A stretch of 64,000 nt of DNA from positions 124,001-188,000 of the forward strand of contig VJWM01000197.1 in assembly GCA_010909165.1 (NCBI GenBank), in the 5' to 3' direction. The notes under the pieces were generated by a model. It saw only the letters and a list, made by a program, of their open reading frames with translations. It was not told the origin of the DNA and searched no databases. This document shows positions 12,197-23,083 of the stretch, one piece after another. The position numbers were made by a program, and so were the translations under genes. Origin of the DNA: Anthoceros angustus. Taxonomy: Eukaryota > Plantae > Anthocerotophyta. Position 1 is the stretch's first letter; the number at the start of each line of letters is the position of its first letter.

Positions 12197-15100
12197 TCAA
12201 TGCCGATCACCACAGGAACAAGTGCCGTCCGAGAAACGGTGTACTCGGTGTGCGTCTCTAACAACGATCTCTCGCTTCTCAAGATGTGACATAATCTTGG
12301 TGCTGCTGTGACAGTCATTACACATGCGAAGATTCTTCGTGACTATCAAGGTTGTGCCATCAGGAGTGTTCAGGAGACCATATGCCAGCGCCAATTTCTC
12401 GGCATGTCCACACAAGGCATCTTCCTTCGCCTGCTCAGATACAGCCTTCAGTACCAAGCCCGTTTGCGGGACATGGCCACCTTCGTCTTTCAACCTCAGA
12501 TTCACGCTTTTGAGCTTTGAGGATATGTCAGCCCTCTCTTCTCCCACTCTGAACTCGTGCACCTCAGACTTGACTTCGATGCACGCCTTTGCAGGCTTCT
12601 TTCCAGCACTTGCTAATTTTCTCAAGCTTTCTATCCTGTCTACCTCGTCCCACCTCCCTGCCTCTGCGTAGATATTTGCTAGGAGCACATACGAGCTGGC
12701 ATTACTGGGTTCCAGTTGCACGAGACGGTCAAAACATCGCCTTCCACGCTCCATGTCAGCGTGGCTTCTGCACGCACTTAGCAACGACGTCCAGCCCACG
12801 GCATCATTTTCAGAACAGCTGGTTTGCAGCAGATCTTCAGCCTCATCCAAATGACCTGACCGTCCAAGAAGATCGACCATGCAATTATAGTGACACTCCG
12901 TGGGCAGAATCCGATAGTCCTCAACCATCATCCTGAAAAACTCCTGGCCCCTGTGCACCAAACCCGCATGACTACATGCGACCAGAAGGCAAATAAAGGT
13001 AGCACCATCCGGTTTGACACCTTGCAGACGCATTTCCGTGAAGAACTGCACGGCCATTTCACTGTCGCCATGCTCAGCGTAGCCATTAAGCAGGGAGTTC
13101 CATGTCACTACATCTCTAGTGGCTAATCTGTCAAACACTTCCCGAGCCTCTGCCAAACTTCCACATTTTGCGTACATGTCTACCAGGCTGCTGCCAACAG
13201 ATGCATCAGCTTCCAGGCCACTGGCACGAATCTGTGCATAAAGCTGCTTCCCCTGCTGCAAGGCTCCCATGGAGGCACATGTTTGAAGGAGACACACATA
13301 CGTAACACGATCAGCTGGAGTCATGGCCTCCCGTTGCATACTGGCATAGAGAGCCAGGGCTTGTCGACCAAGCCCTAGCTGAGTGTATCCTGCAATCATG
13401 GTAGTCCATGTTACCACATCTTTTGCAGTTAGACTGTCAAACACACTCTGAGCATCCTCTACACTTCCACACTTTAAGTACATATCCATCAGGCAGTTGC
13501 CAATAACTACGTCAGCTTGGAGCCCTCTTTGCTGGATTTGAGCATGAACTTGCTTCCCTTGCTCCAGAGCTCCTATGCTGGCACATGCTTGAAGGAGACA
13601 CACAAACGTGACATGACTGTCTAGCATCACGCCCTCCTGTTGCAAACTGGCAGCCAGAGCCAAGGCTTCTGACCCCAGGCCCTGCTGCGTATATCCAGCA
13701 ATCATGGCAGTGCATGCAACCGCATTCCTCATGGGCAGCAAGTCAAACACTCTGCGAGCAGCTTCCAGGCTTCCACATTTTGCATACATGTCCACCAGGC
13801 TGCTGCCAACTGCAAGATCGGCTTCTAGGCATCTTTCACGGATCTGTTGATGAAGCTGCTTTCCCTGAGACAGCGCTTTGATGCTGGCACATGCTTGAAG
13901 GAGACAGACAAATGTGACATGATCAGCTGGAGTGATGGCCTCCTTTAGCATGTTCTCGTACAGAGCCAGAGCTTCATGTCCCTTCCCCCGGTGGGAATAT
14001 CCTGCAATCATAACAGTCCATGACACCACATCTTTTGCTTGCAATGCGTCAAACACTCTGCGAGCATCCTCCAAGCTCCCGCATTTTGCATACATGTCCA
14101 CCAGGCAATTGCCCACTAGCACATCAGTTTCCAGCCCCCTTTCTTTTATCTGTTCATGAAGCTCCTTCCCATAATGAAGAGCTCCAACACTAGCACATGC
14201 CTTCAGGAGGCATGCAAACGTGACATCATCAGCTATAGACATGCCATCTTGTGGCATGCTTGCATACAGAGCCAGGGCTTCTTCACCAAGTCCATGCTGT
14301 GTATATCCTGCCATCATCGCATTCCAGGTTACCACATTTCTACTGGGCAAGCTGTCAAACACAGTGCGAGCATCTTCCAAGCTCTTGCATTTCGCATACA
14401 TGTCCAGCAGGCTGCTGCCTACAGACACATCAGCTTCTAGGCCCCTTTCACAGATGAGTGCATGGAGCTGCTTACCCTGACGCAACGCTGCAACACTAGC
14501 ACATGCTTTCAGCAGGCACACAAATGTAACGTGATCGGCCGGAGTCAATCCCTCTTGCTGCATAACTTCATAAAGATCCAGGGCCTGCTGACCGAGCCCA
14601 TTCTGAGCATATCCAGCTATCATGGCATTCCACGTCACCACAGATCTGGTCGGCAATGCGTCAAACACTTTTCGAGCATCCTCCAAACTTCTGCACTTGG
14701 CATACATGGTCACCAGGCTGCTATCAACGAAGACATCAGCTGCAACAGCACTCTCCAGAATATCACTATGAACCTCCTTCCCCGAGACCAAATCCCCTGC
14801 AGCAGCACAGGCCTTAAGAACTGCAACAAACACATGGTTGTCTGCCGTCACACCAGACTCCCGCATCTGTCGATACAGTTTAATAGCCTCCCTGGACTTC
14901 CCCTGTCGAGCATGCGCCAAAATAATCGTACCCCAAACGTAAACATCTGGGGCATTCACATCACCGAACACCTGCAACGCTTTCTCCAACTTCCCATGAC
15001 CAGCATACATACCAATGATGTGATTGGCCAAAAACACATCCCCCTCGTACCCAGCTCTCCGAGCAAGAGCATGAACACGCCTCCCAAGCCCCAAATCCTT

Positions 15101-15697
15101 CTGTGCCACACACTTCTTCAGCACACGATAAACAAGACCCCTCCCAACACTACGCCCTTCCTTCACCATAAACTCCAACCCTTCAACAGCCTCCCTCAGC
15201 TCCCGATCCTCACAACCATACCCGAAACCCCCTTCCACCAAAATTCGAGATTCCCCATTTCCTGCACTCGCAGACTCCTTCTCTGCATCCCACCTGGCCA
15301 GCTCCGAATCCACCCAGCCAGGCTTCCCATAGCCATTCAACCACAGAGCCTGGTCGTACGTCTTGTGCCTGAAGTCGGGATGGCGAGAACTCCTCTTCTC
15401 CAGCCTGTTGTCCCACCACTTTGCAGGATCCTGAAAGAAGAGCTGCCACAGAACATCCTGACTCTCCTTCTGCGCAACGCCATTGCTTGAGCGCGTCCTT
15501 CCAGCACAAGCTGGAGGTGGGTCGCATCCACCAATCTTGTGGGCCGAAGGCCTCCTCCCAAAGCCAAGCTGGTCATCTGCCTCCCTGTTGTAAGGGCAAT
15601 GTGCCTCCTTGAAATGCAATTCTTCGAAGGCACGTCCGCCATCGAGCCACCAAGCTTGCTTCCCTGAAACCACATTGCGTACGCAGGAAAGCTGCAT
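12197..15697 (-). CDS. PLS-class PPR protein with E domains and DYW:KP (KPAxA, DRH-type) deaminase domain and N-terminal OSB-type PDF motif; candidate organellar U-to-C RNA editing factor
   Basis: Intact intronless 1166-aa ORF with about 7 repeats of a ~102-aa PPR triplet (VVTWNAMIAGY...FVCLLKACAS...SSLVDMYAKCGSL). C-terminus KKPAKACIEV...HAEKLA...CNDCH...CSCGDRH. aa 83-130 LWQLFFQDPAKWWDNRLEKRSSRHPDFRHKTYDQALWL. Confidence 0.95.
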   Translation of the reverse strand: MQLSCVRNVVSGKQAWWLDGGRAFEELHFKEAHCPYNREADDQLGFGRRPSAHKIGGCDPPPACAGRTRSSNGVAQKESQDVLWQLFFQDPAKWWDNRLEKRSSRHPDFRHKTYDQALWLNGYGKPGWVDSELARWDAEKESASAGNGESRILVEGGFGYGCEDRELREAVEGLEFMVKEGRSVGRGLVYRVLKKCVAQKDLGLGRRVHALARRAGYEGDVFLANHIIGMYAGHGKLEKALQVFGDVNAPDVYVWGTIILAHARQGKSREAIKLYRQMRESGVTADNHVFVAVLKACAAAGDLVSGKEVHSDILESAVAADVFVDSSLVTMYAKCRSLEDARKVFDALPTRSVVTWNAMIAGYAQNGLGQQALDLYEVMQQEGLTPADHVTFVCLLKACASVAALRQGKQLHALICERGLEADVSVGSSLLDMYAKCKSLEDARTVFDSLPSRNVVTWNAMMAGYTQHGLGEEALALYASMPQDGMSIADDVTFACLLKACASVGALHYGKELHEQIKERGLETDVLVGNCLVDMYAKCGSLEDARRVFDALQAKDVVSWTVMIAGYSHRGKGHEALALYENMLKEAITPADHVTFVCLLQACASIKALSQGKQLHQQIRERCLEADLAVGSSLVDMYAKCGSLEAARRVFDLLPMRNAVACTAMIAGYTQQGLGSEALALAASLQQEGVMLDSHVTFVCLLQACASIGALEQGKQVHAQIQQRGLQADVVIGNCLMDMYLKCGSVEDAQSVFDSLTAKDVVTWTTMIAGYTQLGLGRQALALYASMQREAMTPADRVTYVCLLQTCASMGALQQGKQLYAQIRASGLEADASVGSSLVDMYAKCGSLAEAREVFDRLATRDVVTWNSLLNGYAEHGDSEMAVQFFTEMRLQGVKPDGATFICLLVACSHAGLVHRGQEFFRMMVEDYRILPTECHYNCMVDLLGRSGHLDEAEDLLQTSCSENDAVGWTSLLSACRSHADMERGRRCFDRLVQLEPSNASSYVLLANIYAEAGRWDEVDRIESLRKLASAGKKPAKACIEVKSEVHEFRVGEERADISSKLKSVNLRLKDEGGHVPQTGLVLKAVSEQAKEDALCGHAEKLALAYGLLNTPDGTTLIVTKNLRMCNDCHSSTKIMSHLEKREIVVRDAHRVHRFSDGTCSCGDRH

Positions 15698-15949
15698 CCG
15701 CAGGATTTGCTGTCTCCCCTTGCTCGGTTGGTCGATCTCTCAGATTCCTACACCCGAATAACCTTACTCAAAATTCCCCAGTTCTCAGCGAGGAATTTTC
15801 AACAAAGATAAAATAGAATCATTTAAACAAATATTAATTAAAAAATTGATGATTAAAATTCTAAAATAGATCAAGACAACTACATAGATACATATTAAAT
15901 CGGAGATGAGGTGAACCCATCTACTAAAAAGACATACAAGGGAACCTAT

Positions 15950-15975
15950 TATGGAATACCGATCTGGTCACACGG
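15950..15975 (+). repeat. Left TIR (26 bp)
   Basis: Exact reverse complement of 27810-27835. Confidence 0.97.
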
Positions 15976-16586
15976 GAGTGTGTGTGTGACATCCTTTTTT
16001 TTTCGGTGTACGCTACGAGAATATGCCATGGAATCTTTTAGATACTCACGTATAATACATGCCACATCAGCTTCACGAGGTTTCTACGCGGGGAAAAAAC
16101 ATTCTATCACACGTTCATCGGCTTGGTGTTCCGATGGTGTCATACAGATCTTTTCTTGTTAGTGGTTTTTAGGGTTTCCATCGGATCAGCACACATACAT
16201 GGGAAAGAGGCGGGCAACACATACATACAGGAACTTTTGTTTGCAAGTATGGCCCGCGTTTGCCGAGAAGCTGAATGCAAATCCTCCGCTTAGACAGGTT
16301 GCTTTCACTGTATGTGCAGGAAGGACAGGATGTGGGAGCATTCACTACGTTTCGGTGTGGTTCAATACTAACATGCTTCTGTTATGCTTGCAGTTGATGG
16401 CGGGGGAATGACGGAAGATGATAGTAATTTGAATCAGCATCCACTCACCTGGGCATCAACACCCTGTTCCTCATCGCATCATGCCTCGAGTGAGTGACCC
16501 TGCGTGTTTTAGGAGACGGGACATGTGAGGACGAACCCTAACGCTTTTTGTGCACTGAGCATATTAGGTGATGGTGCGGCGTGTAG

Positions 16587-16928
16587 CGTGTTGCACCTTT
16601 GTTTCACGTTTTTTGATTAGTCAGGCAGCCAGGACTGATTGAATGCAAGTGCCTTGCTTTGCAGGCACCTTCAGAAGGATTTCGCAAATAGGATGCTCAT
16701 ACAACCTCGGCAAATGAAGGAAATTCGACGCTCACACACACAACATCTTCAAGTGACACCGGTATTCATGCAGCTCCGTGTTGTTTCCTTACCGTGTTGC
16801 ACCTTTGTTTCTCGATTTTTGTACAATGTGGCAGCCAGGACTCACATTGTGCAAGGGTCTTGCTTTTCAGGCAACTTCAGAAGGATTTCGCCGACGTCAT
16901 GGTCATACAGGCTCGGCAACTGAAGGAA
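16587..16928 (+). repeat. ~140-bp direct repeat (period 206 bp) inside the transposon, each copy containing a splice-acceptor-like TTGCTTT(T/G)CAG
   Basis: CGTGTTGCACCTTTGTTTC...CTTCAGAAGGATTTCGC...TGAAGGAA at 16587-16722 and 16793-16928. Confidence 0.75.
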
Positions 16929-18479
16929 CCCAGTCTTGTGATGCACCATTCACTGCCTCAGACGGGAAAGGTGGCACCTGTGAATCTCAAGTGCAACGTC
17001 TGTTGGCGTCTGCGAAATTTTGCAAGTCACAATGATGTGCCTTGATAGTGATTACAGTGTAGTTGTGTCATTATGATTTAAAATCCCTAGAACTAGCCGT
17101 GGAACACAATCTTGAAGCAACAAAACAAACCGAAAAGCCAACACTTGTGCGCAGTAACTCATGCTTGCACAATTGCAGCCACAAAAACCACATGTTCAAG
17201 TTTGCACTCCCACCTCATGGTGGGAGGTCTCAAAACACCTACCTACAAAAAAGCCTACAACCTGCTCCGCTCAATCTGGAAAGAGTCGTAGAGCAGGGCC
17301 TCCATCCTCTTGTGCCCCGGTCAGTGGCCCCTCGCTTAGCTCGGTGGGCGCCTCGTGACTGAGGAGGAGCCCTGTGAGGAAGGCAAGGCAGGCCATGGCA
17401 TACCATGGCGCCGCTGCGCTGTGGAATTGGGGTGGAGGTGGAGCAAGCAGCATCCCATGAAATGGAAAGGCGGTGGGGAAAGGGAGAGGTGGGCGGGGCT
17501 AGCAGGAGGGGAGGGGTCTCGGGTGCGCTCCTTGAGACATGGATGCACATGCACTGCTGCGTTCATGATATCCATGAACGCCCGCACTCGGGCTTCCACA
17601 CACTGCATGTTAGGGGCACTTGGGGCATCCTCTCCATCATGCCTCCACCTCGATGCAGCGCAACCTAAGGTCGCGCACCTTGTCCACGACCTCCGTGGCC
17701 GGCGCCACTCATGGGCGCATCGATAGCAATCAATGATGATCGAGTGGTCGCCATAATGCCCGAAACTCACAGGCGCGGCTCTGGCCGCCTTGGGATGTGC
17801 CCCGTTCTTCTTGGTGCTCACTCCCGAGACAGGAGTTCGCACCTCGGCGTCGCCCCCTCCATCTTCCCCACAGCAACTTGCGCCCGGGGCTTGGGTTTGC
17901 GCCCGCCGTAGTTCACCCTCTTCTTCTTCCGCCCACAAACCCAGTGACCTCAGGCTCCACAATGAGCTCGGCCAACTCGCTCGAGTGGCCGCCTCCCTCA
18001 GCGCGATTCGCCTCCCAAACGACGCTCAATCTTGGTGGCGCTCACATGTGCAGTGCGGGGAAGTGCCATCCGAATCATAGATGATTCGGTGATGGCTGCT
18101 CAAATCACGCCTTCAAGACCGCAACCCCAACCCATCATGCGGCTATTAGCATTGTTGTCAATCCCATACGCGCAAAGCGCGCCTTTTGCCGGCGCGTGCG
18201 CCGGCGCACCCGGACGGGTGCACGCTTTTGCGTGCACGCGCGGACCGGTGCAGCGCGCTTGTGCGCTGTGGGTCTGGAACAACGGCGCGCACGGTGCGCT
18301 TACCTCGACTGCTGGAGCCCGATGCGCGCCTGAAGTCTGGCGCGACCGGCACATGAGGTGCCCCAGCACGTACTTATGCACGCCTTGGTGTCATCTAAAG
18401 CCCAACTGTAGATGTCTCTGGTTAATGTATCTGGTTGATGTATCTGGTTAATGGAGTCGTGGTTGTCTTTTTATTGCAG

Positions 18480-21400
18480 ACATTCGGGACTATGCTGGCG
18501 TTTCTCCAAAAGGAAATAGTTTTAGGGTTGATGATGACGAAGATGGCCGAACAAGCATGTGAAAGCGATCCTCTCCGGGAGAGCGATGGAGAGGCAAGGA
18601 AAAGGCAGTTCGCAACCACGACCAAAGCACCATCATCAGCAGCTCTGAATAGGGGCAATTTTGATGAGGATTCAATGGAACAAGAAACAGAGAGGTACTT
18701 GCAGCCAGCAGGTATAGATATCCTGGATGACGCTGATAGTGGAGAATATGAAGAGCATGAAACCGCAAATGAAGATGTTGAGGACGACGATGTGCATCAG
18801 ACAACCGACAGAGTTGAAGCCGATGACAACAACAGAGAGGATATACATAGCGAGGGGGCTCAAAACGTTGTCTAATGTCCCAAAGAATCGCCATGCATTG
18901 GAGGATGCCCAGCAGCTTCTACAAAGTCTGGACAGTAGGGTCAAAGAATCTGTGAAGGAGCGAGCCCGTGTACAACCAACCTCAAAGGAGGTAGACGCGG
19001 ATGTTCCAGTTTCACCTGCAAGGACTAAAGGTAAACCGAAAGCAGGGAAAAGAGGAAAGAGGAATGACATTGACGAGACACCAGCGACGGGACGCGTCAT
19101 CACCAAAGCTGTGCTAACGGACAACGACAGAGTAGAGCGAGCAGCATAAGGACCCGTTACATCAAATTCGAGAGTCAGCGCACAAAAAGAGGTGCATTCC
19201 GCATACAGATATGGTTGCCATCACCAAGTTGAGAAGCGCAGACTACATTACTCGTGACGCTCAGATCCGAAGAGTGGATGAATCGTGGGGAAAACATCTT
19301 CTCCGGGAAATTAAAAAGGGACCTGTGCAAGAGGGAGTACTTCCTCTGCTATGTATGATCGATCCAAGGGAGTGCGCAAGCGTGGAGGTCTTTGACAAAG
19401 ACAAGTTGAAAAGGCAGCAGTACACCATGGGAGTATTGGGTGGGAACCACAGCTTCTATGCGTTCCAACGCTGTCACGCGAAGACCGGAGAACTCACACT
19501 TCCAAAGATATGGAAGCTCATATATATCGAGCTTAACCTGTGCAGATGCGTGTCCGCCAGATCACAATGTCAAGGCAGATTTCCGGAAGAGAATGTCTTT
19601 CATTGAGCAAGTCCGCTATATTCACGATGAAATGAAAATTGCGGCTGAGGAGGGTATTAGCATTACAATGGATTGGAAGTACAATCTATATCGGATGCTA
19701 GGCGTCATCGGCGCGCGGATCGGGAAGAAATGCGACTTGTCGACGAGCTGCCGTTATGCATTGCTAGTGTCCCGCCTCATGTGTGGACACGGTGGACGAG
19801 GTTTTCGATCTTTGGGAGAGGGGTGAGCTTCCGAGCAAGGTAACCGAAGAAAGGCAGCAAGAGGGGAAATCAAAACGGGGTCTTGACATGAGCCGCGGGA
19901 TCCAAATTTGATTATAAAGCCAATGCATGCGACCAATTGGAGAGTTTTCCAGGGCATGCCTCCAGGGGAAGCAGGTGAAAGGATTATGTTGTCTGCGCTG
20001 GAGAAAGTGATTCAAGGCGAGTTGACCGTGAGCGGCATGAAAACGTGGATAACGAAGGCCAAGAAGTTGAATGTCATCCAGACAGCATTTTGCTCTGGAC
20101 TGAGGTGCAATTCATTTGCAGAAGTTGAGCGAGAATACCGAGGCACTCACACCGTAAGATATAGCGAAATTTCAACCGGTGTTTGATCACATTGTAAGTA
20201 CACATGTATTGTCCGCCGAGTTAGCAAGTCGCAAAACTAGTTTGCGCTCGTCTTCATGTTGCACCTATGAGCGTCTCCATCCTGTGCGGAACCTGAAAAA
20301 GAAGAGTACAAAGAGAAGATGATACCCGATAGCTTCAAAGAGCACATCAATGCGGCAAGAAATTGGAAGAGGGTGGAAGATTTGCGAGAGTGGCGAGAGG
20401 AAGACAACGACGCAAAACTAGACATTTTCCATGTTCAAAAGCAAGCAAAGGTCCGTTACGGTAATAGCGGTGATATTCGTGAAATGGCTGCCTACTTGGG
20501 GAAAAGAGAATACAAGTTGGTCGTCGATTTACCAAGGGGCAATTTATCGGAGACATGGGATAAGGAGATGACATGTGAGGATTTGGAGAAGATAATGGAT
20601 GGATTCATGACAATCACCGAATGCAAGACTTTCCGTGATATTCATGCATGGACGGACGGATCAGGGATGTCCAAATGCACCGCGAAAATGGTGTGAAAAG
20701 GGGGTTTATACAATGGTGCAGGAGAAAGACAACTTGGTTTGGACGAGGGACTTTACGAGAATCATGAGTACATGACGTGGGGTATGGTGTTCACCCAACG
20801 TTGAAGATATGAGGAAGTGCGTGCATTGTCCAATAGTGCGGTAGATTGGAGCAATGCTGCGTTTATTCGACATAGCGCGATCGTGAAGAAACTTTTGAAT
20901 GTGTCCAACGATGGCCATGTTGTTTCTCCTTACCAAAAGCCAATAGGGTTGATGGTCCTGCTATACGACCTATTCACAGAAAGAGGGGAATGGGTTATAG
21001 ATGGATGCTCGGAAAGCGGGAGTGGAATACTTGCGGCATTCTTGGAAGGCGGGCGTATTCTGTTGACCAAGAACAGAGGAGCACAATATTCATCGAACAG
21101 CGTATTACAGGCCATGAAGTGTTTCCTACAGACGAGGAAGAGTTGACCACCAAACCACACAAACGTGGACATCCGGTTTTGCCAAAGAGATGGCAGGGAG
21201 ATCAGTTAAGCCCAGGGCCGCAACGCTACACTTGGTTCAAGGAACATGCGCACCCATCGACCTTCAAGACTTGAGTCAATCACAGGGGCCCCAGAAGAAG
21301 AAGGAGAAAGATGGCAAAAAAGGTCCGGAAAACCCTAAGAACCCAGACGGGAAAGAAGTGCGAAGACCAGAAGAAAGCGACCCTACTTGGGACAACCAAC

Positions 21401-21540
21401 ATCTGGAGACGTTTGGCTTTGGCGAATCCCAAGGTGGAGAAACGCCATATCTTCCTCTTGCTATTTACGATCCGCAACGGCTGCAGGAGAACGATGACAT
21501 CGTCGTCCCGAGGACGGAAAGACAACATTCGCCAAACTAG
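18480..21540 (+). pseudogene. Transposon cargo gene: acidic N-terminal region, ParB-like domain, helical linker, beta-class N4C/N6A DNA methyltransferase domain, charged tail (frameshifted)
   Basis: Successive + strand fragments: YTMGVLGGNHSFYAF (GGNH 19439-19450), DHNVKADFRKRMSFIEQV, GDIREM..YKLVVDLPRG...TWDKE (motif IV-like, 20526-20540), SPYQKPIGLMVLLYDLFTERGEWVIDGCSESGSGILAA (motifs X and I, 20928-21026), GRRAYSVDQE..IEQRI. Order IV...X-I-II is that of beta-class MTases. Confidence 0.75.
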
Positions 21541-22299
21541 CTAGAAACATACACCGTTGTCATACATGTTGGAATTTAAATGTGAGTGCGCGCACAAGTT
21601 TGTGCACAAATAGCGTGGCGGTCGAAGGAAAAGGCGATCGTGAATGTCTCGGATGGTTTTCCTCGTAATTCGATGCACAATGTGACATATCGTGTATCGC
21701 AACAATAATTGAAATGTTTGGGGTGACATGTCGGAGAAATACCAAAAGGTCGATTCCAAAGGCGGATTGTGCGAAGGGGTCCGGAACGTCCGTGTACCAA
21801 AAGGGGGTTTCGGAGAAACCCTTCGCAATGCATTTATTCCTTGTGCACGCTAGATGGTGCCGACCTTGGGAGGATGACCAACGCGTGATTTTGTGCTGGG
21901 GAGGGGCGGGGAGGAAGCGGGTGGGGGTTGGGGTTTCGTAGTGGCCGCAGCGGGGTGATTTTCCGCCACGGTGGGGTGACGGGGTGGCGGAGCGGGTGGG
22001 GTCGGGGCTGCAGTGGCGCAGAATGGGGTGAGGCAAAGTTTTGCGGTTGTGGGAAAGGCAAGTTGGGTGCAGCGGTAGAGGGACGGCAACCGACAGGCGC
22101 TGGTGCGAGAGCTAGGATGAGGCCTGAATGGCCAGACGGCCCAACTGGCCGCCGAACCCGGCCACGAATCGGCAGCTTGAGTTGGAAGAAAAACGACGCG
22201 CGGCGACTCTTGAGCACGCAACCATGCGGTTGACGCGCTACCACCGAAAAGATGCAGAACGACTCTACCGCGCCTAAACCCTCCACGCCTGCACCAAGG

Positions 22300-23083
22300 T
22301 TTGCAGACTCCGAGACCGGAGTGGACGATGAGGAACCCGCAATCACTTGCAGGTATGAGTGGCAGCGGCCATCCAAGGTAGGTTGTCCGAGTGCAGGTGG
22401 GTGCGGCTGCACCATCCACGGGGAGGTTCATGTGCTTTGGACGCGCTGCACCGACGTGCATTACCTTGCAGGAAGGTGCAATGACGGTCGCGGGCTTCGG
22501 TTGTGTGCAGACCGGGCGTCTCGCACAGCCACGGGTGGCAACGACCTCAAGCGGGCCGTGGGGAAGATAGGTGGGAGATGCAATGCCCTCGAGAGTACAT
22601 CGCTGGGTGGCCCATGGTTCCCATCAACTATAGGGAGCTCTCCGAGTTTTTGGACTTTGTTGAGGACCATCAGAGCCAATGCCTTCGTATGGAGGGGTAT
22701 CCAGAGAGACTTGCAGTCCTATACCACCTGCACCGGCGGGGGACAAATGGGATGGAGTGGCGGTGGACAAATTACTGCGAGAGCGCTTACCGTCTGGTGG
22801 AGTGCCATGTTTTCATGCATCGTATTTGTGATTGTACAAAGCCGGAATGGAAGGTGTCTGTGGAGCGACCACAAGCGATGGATGACCTGCGGTTTGGTTC
22901 GCCAATTATGCTGTGAGCCACCATGACTTGGTGGAAAGATGGCCCAGGAGGTTCTACGAGTTGGTGGATTTCGTGCGATATGCGGAGCTCAATTGGAATG
23001 AGAAGACCGCCGCGCTGTTCGATGAGATTAACCTGCAGACGAAAGCCCATGTGGTGGCATATTTGGCAGACGTGCACGCTTGA
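22300..23083 (+). pseudogene. Transposon cargo ORF of unknown function (frameshifted or spliced)
   Basis: ORF 22503-22916 (WPMVPINYRELSEFLDFVEDH...) continues in another frame as HDLVERWPRRFYELVDFVRYAELNWNEKTAALFDEINLQTKAHVVAYLADVHA*; protein-like composition. Confidence 0.4.

Noticed and set aside
14462-15527. 342-aa + strand ORF and other ORFs overlapping the PPR gene
   Set aside because: Antisense or alternative-frame shadows of the PPR CDS with no motifs.
17063-18450. Numerous overlapping ORFs on both strands inside the element
   Set aside because: Expected from high GC content, and none shows a recognisable domain; a real minus-strand cargo gene cannot be excluded.
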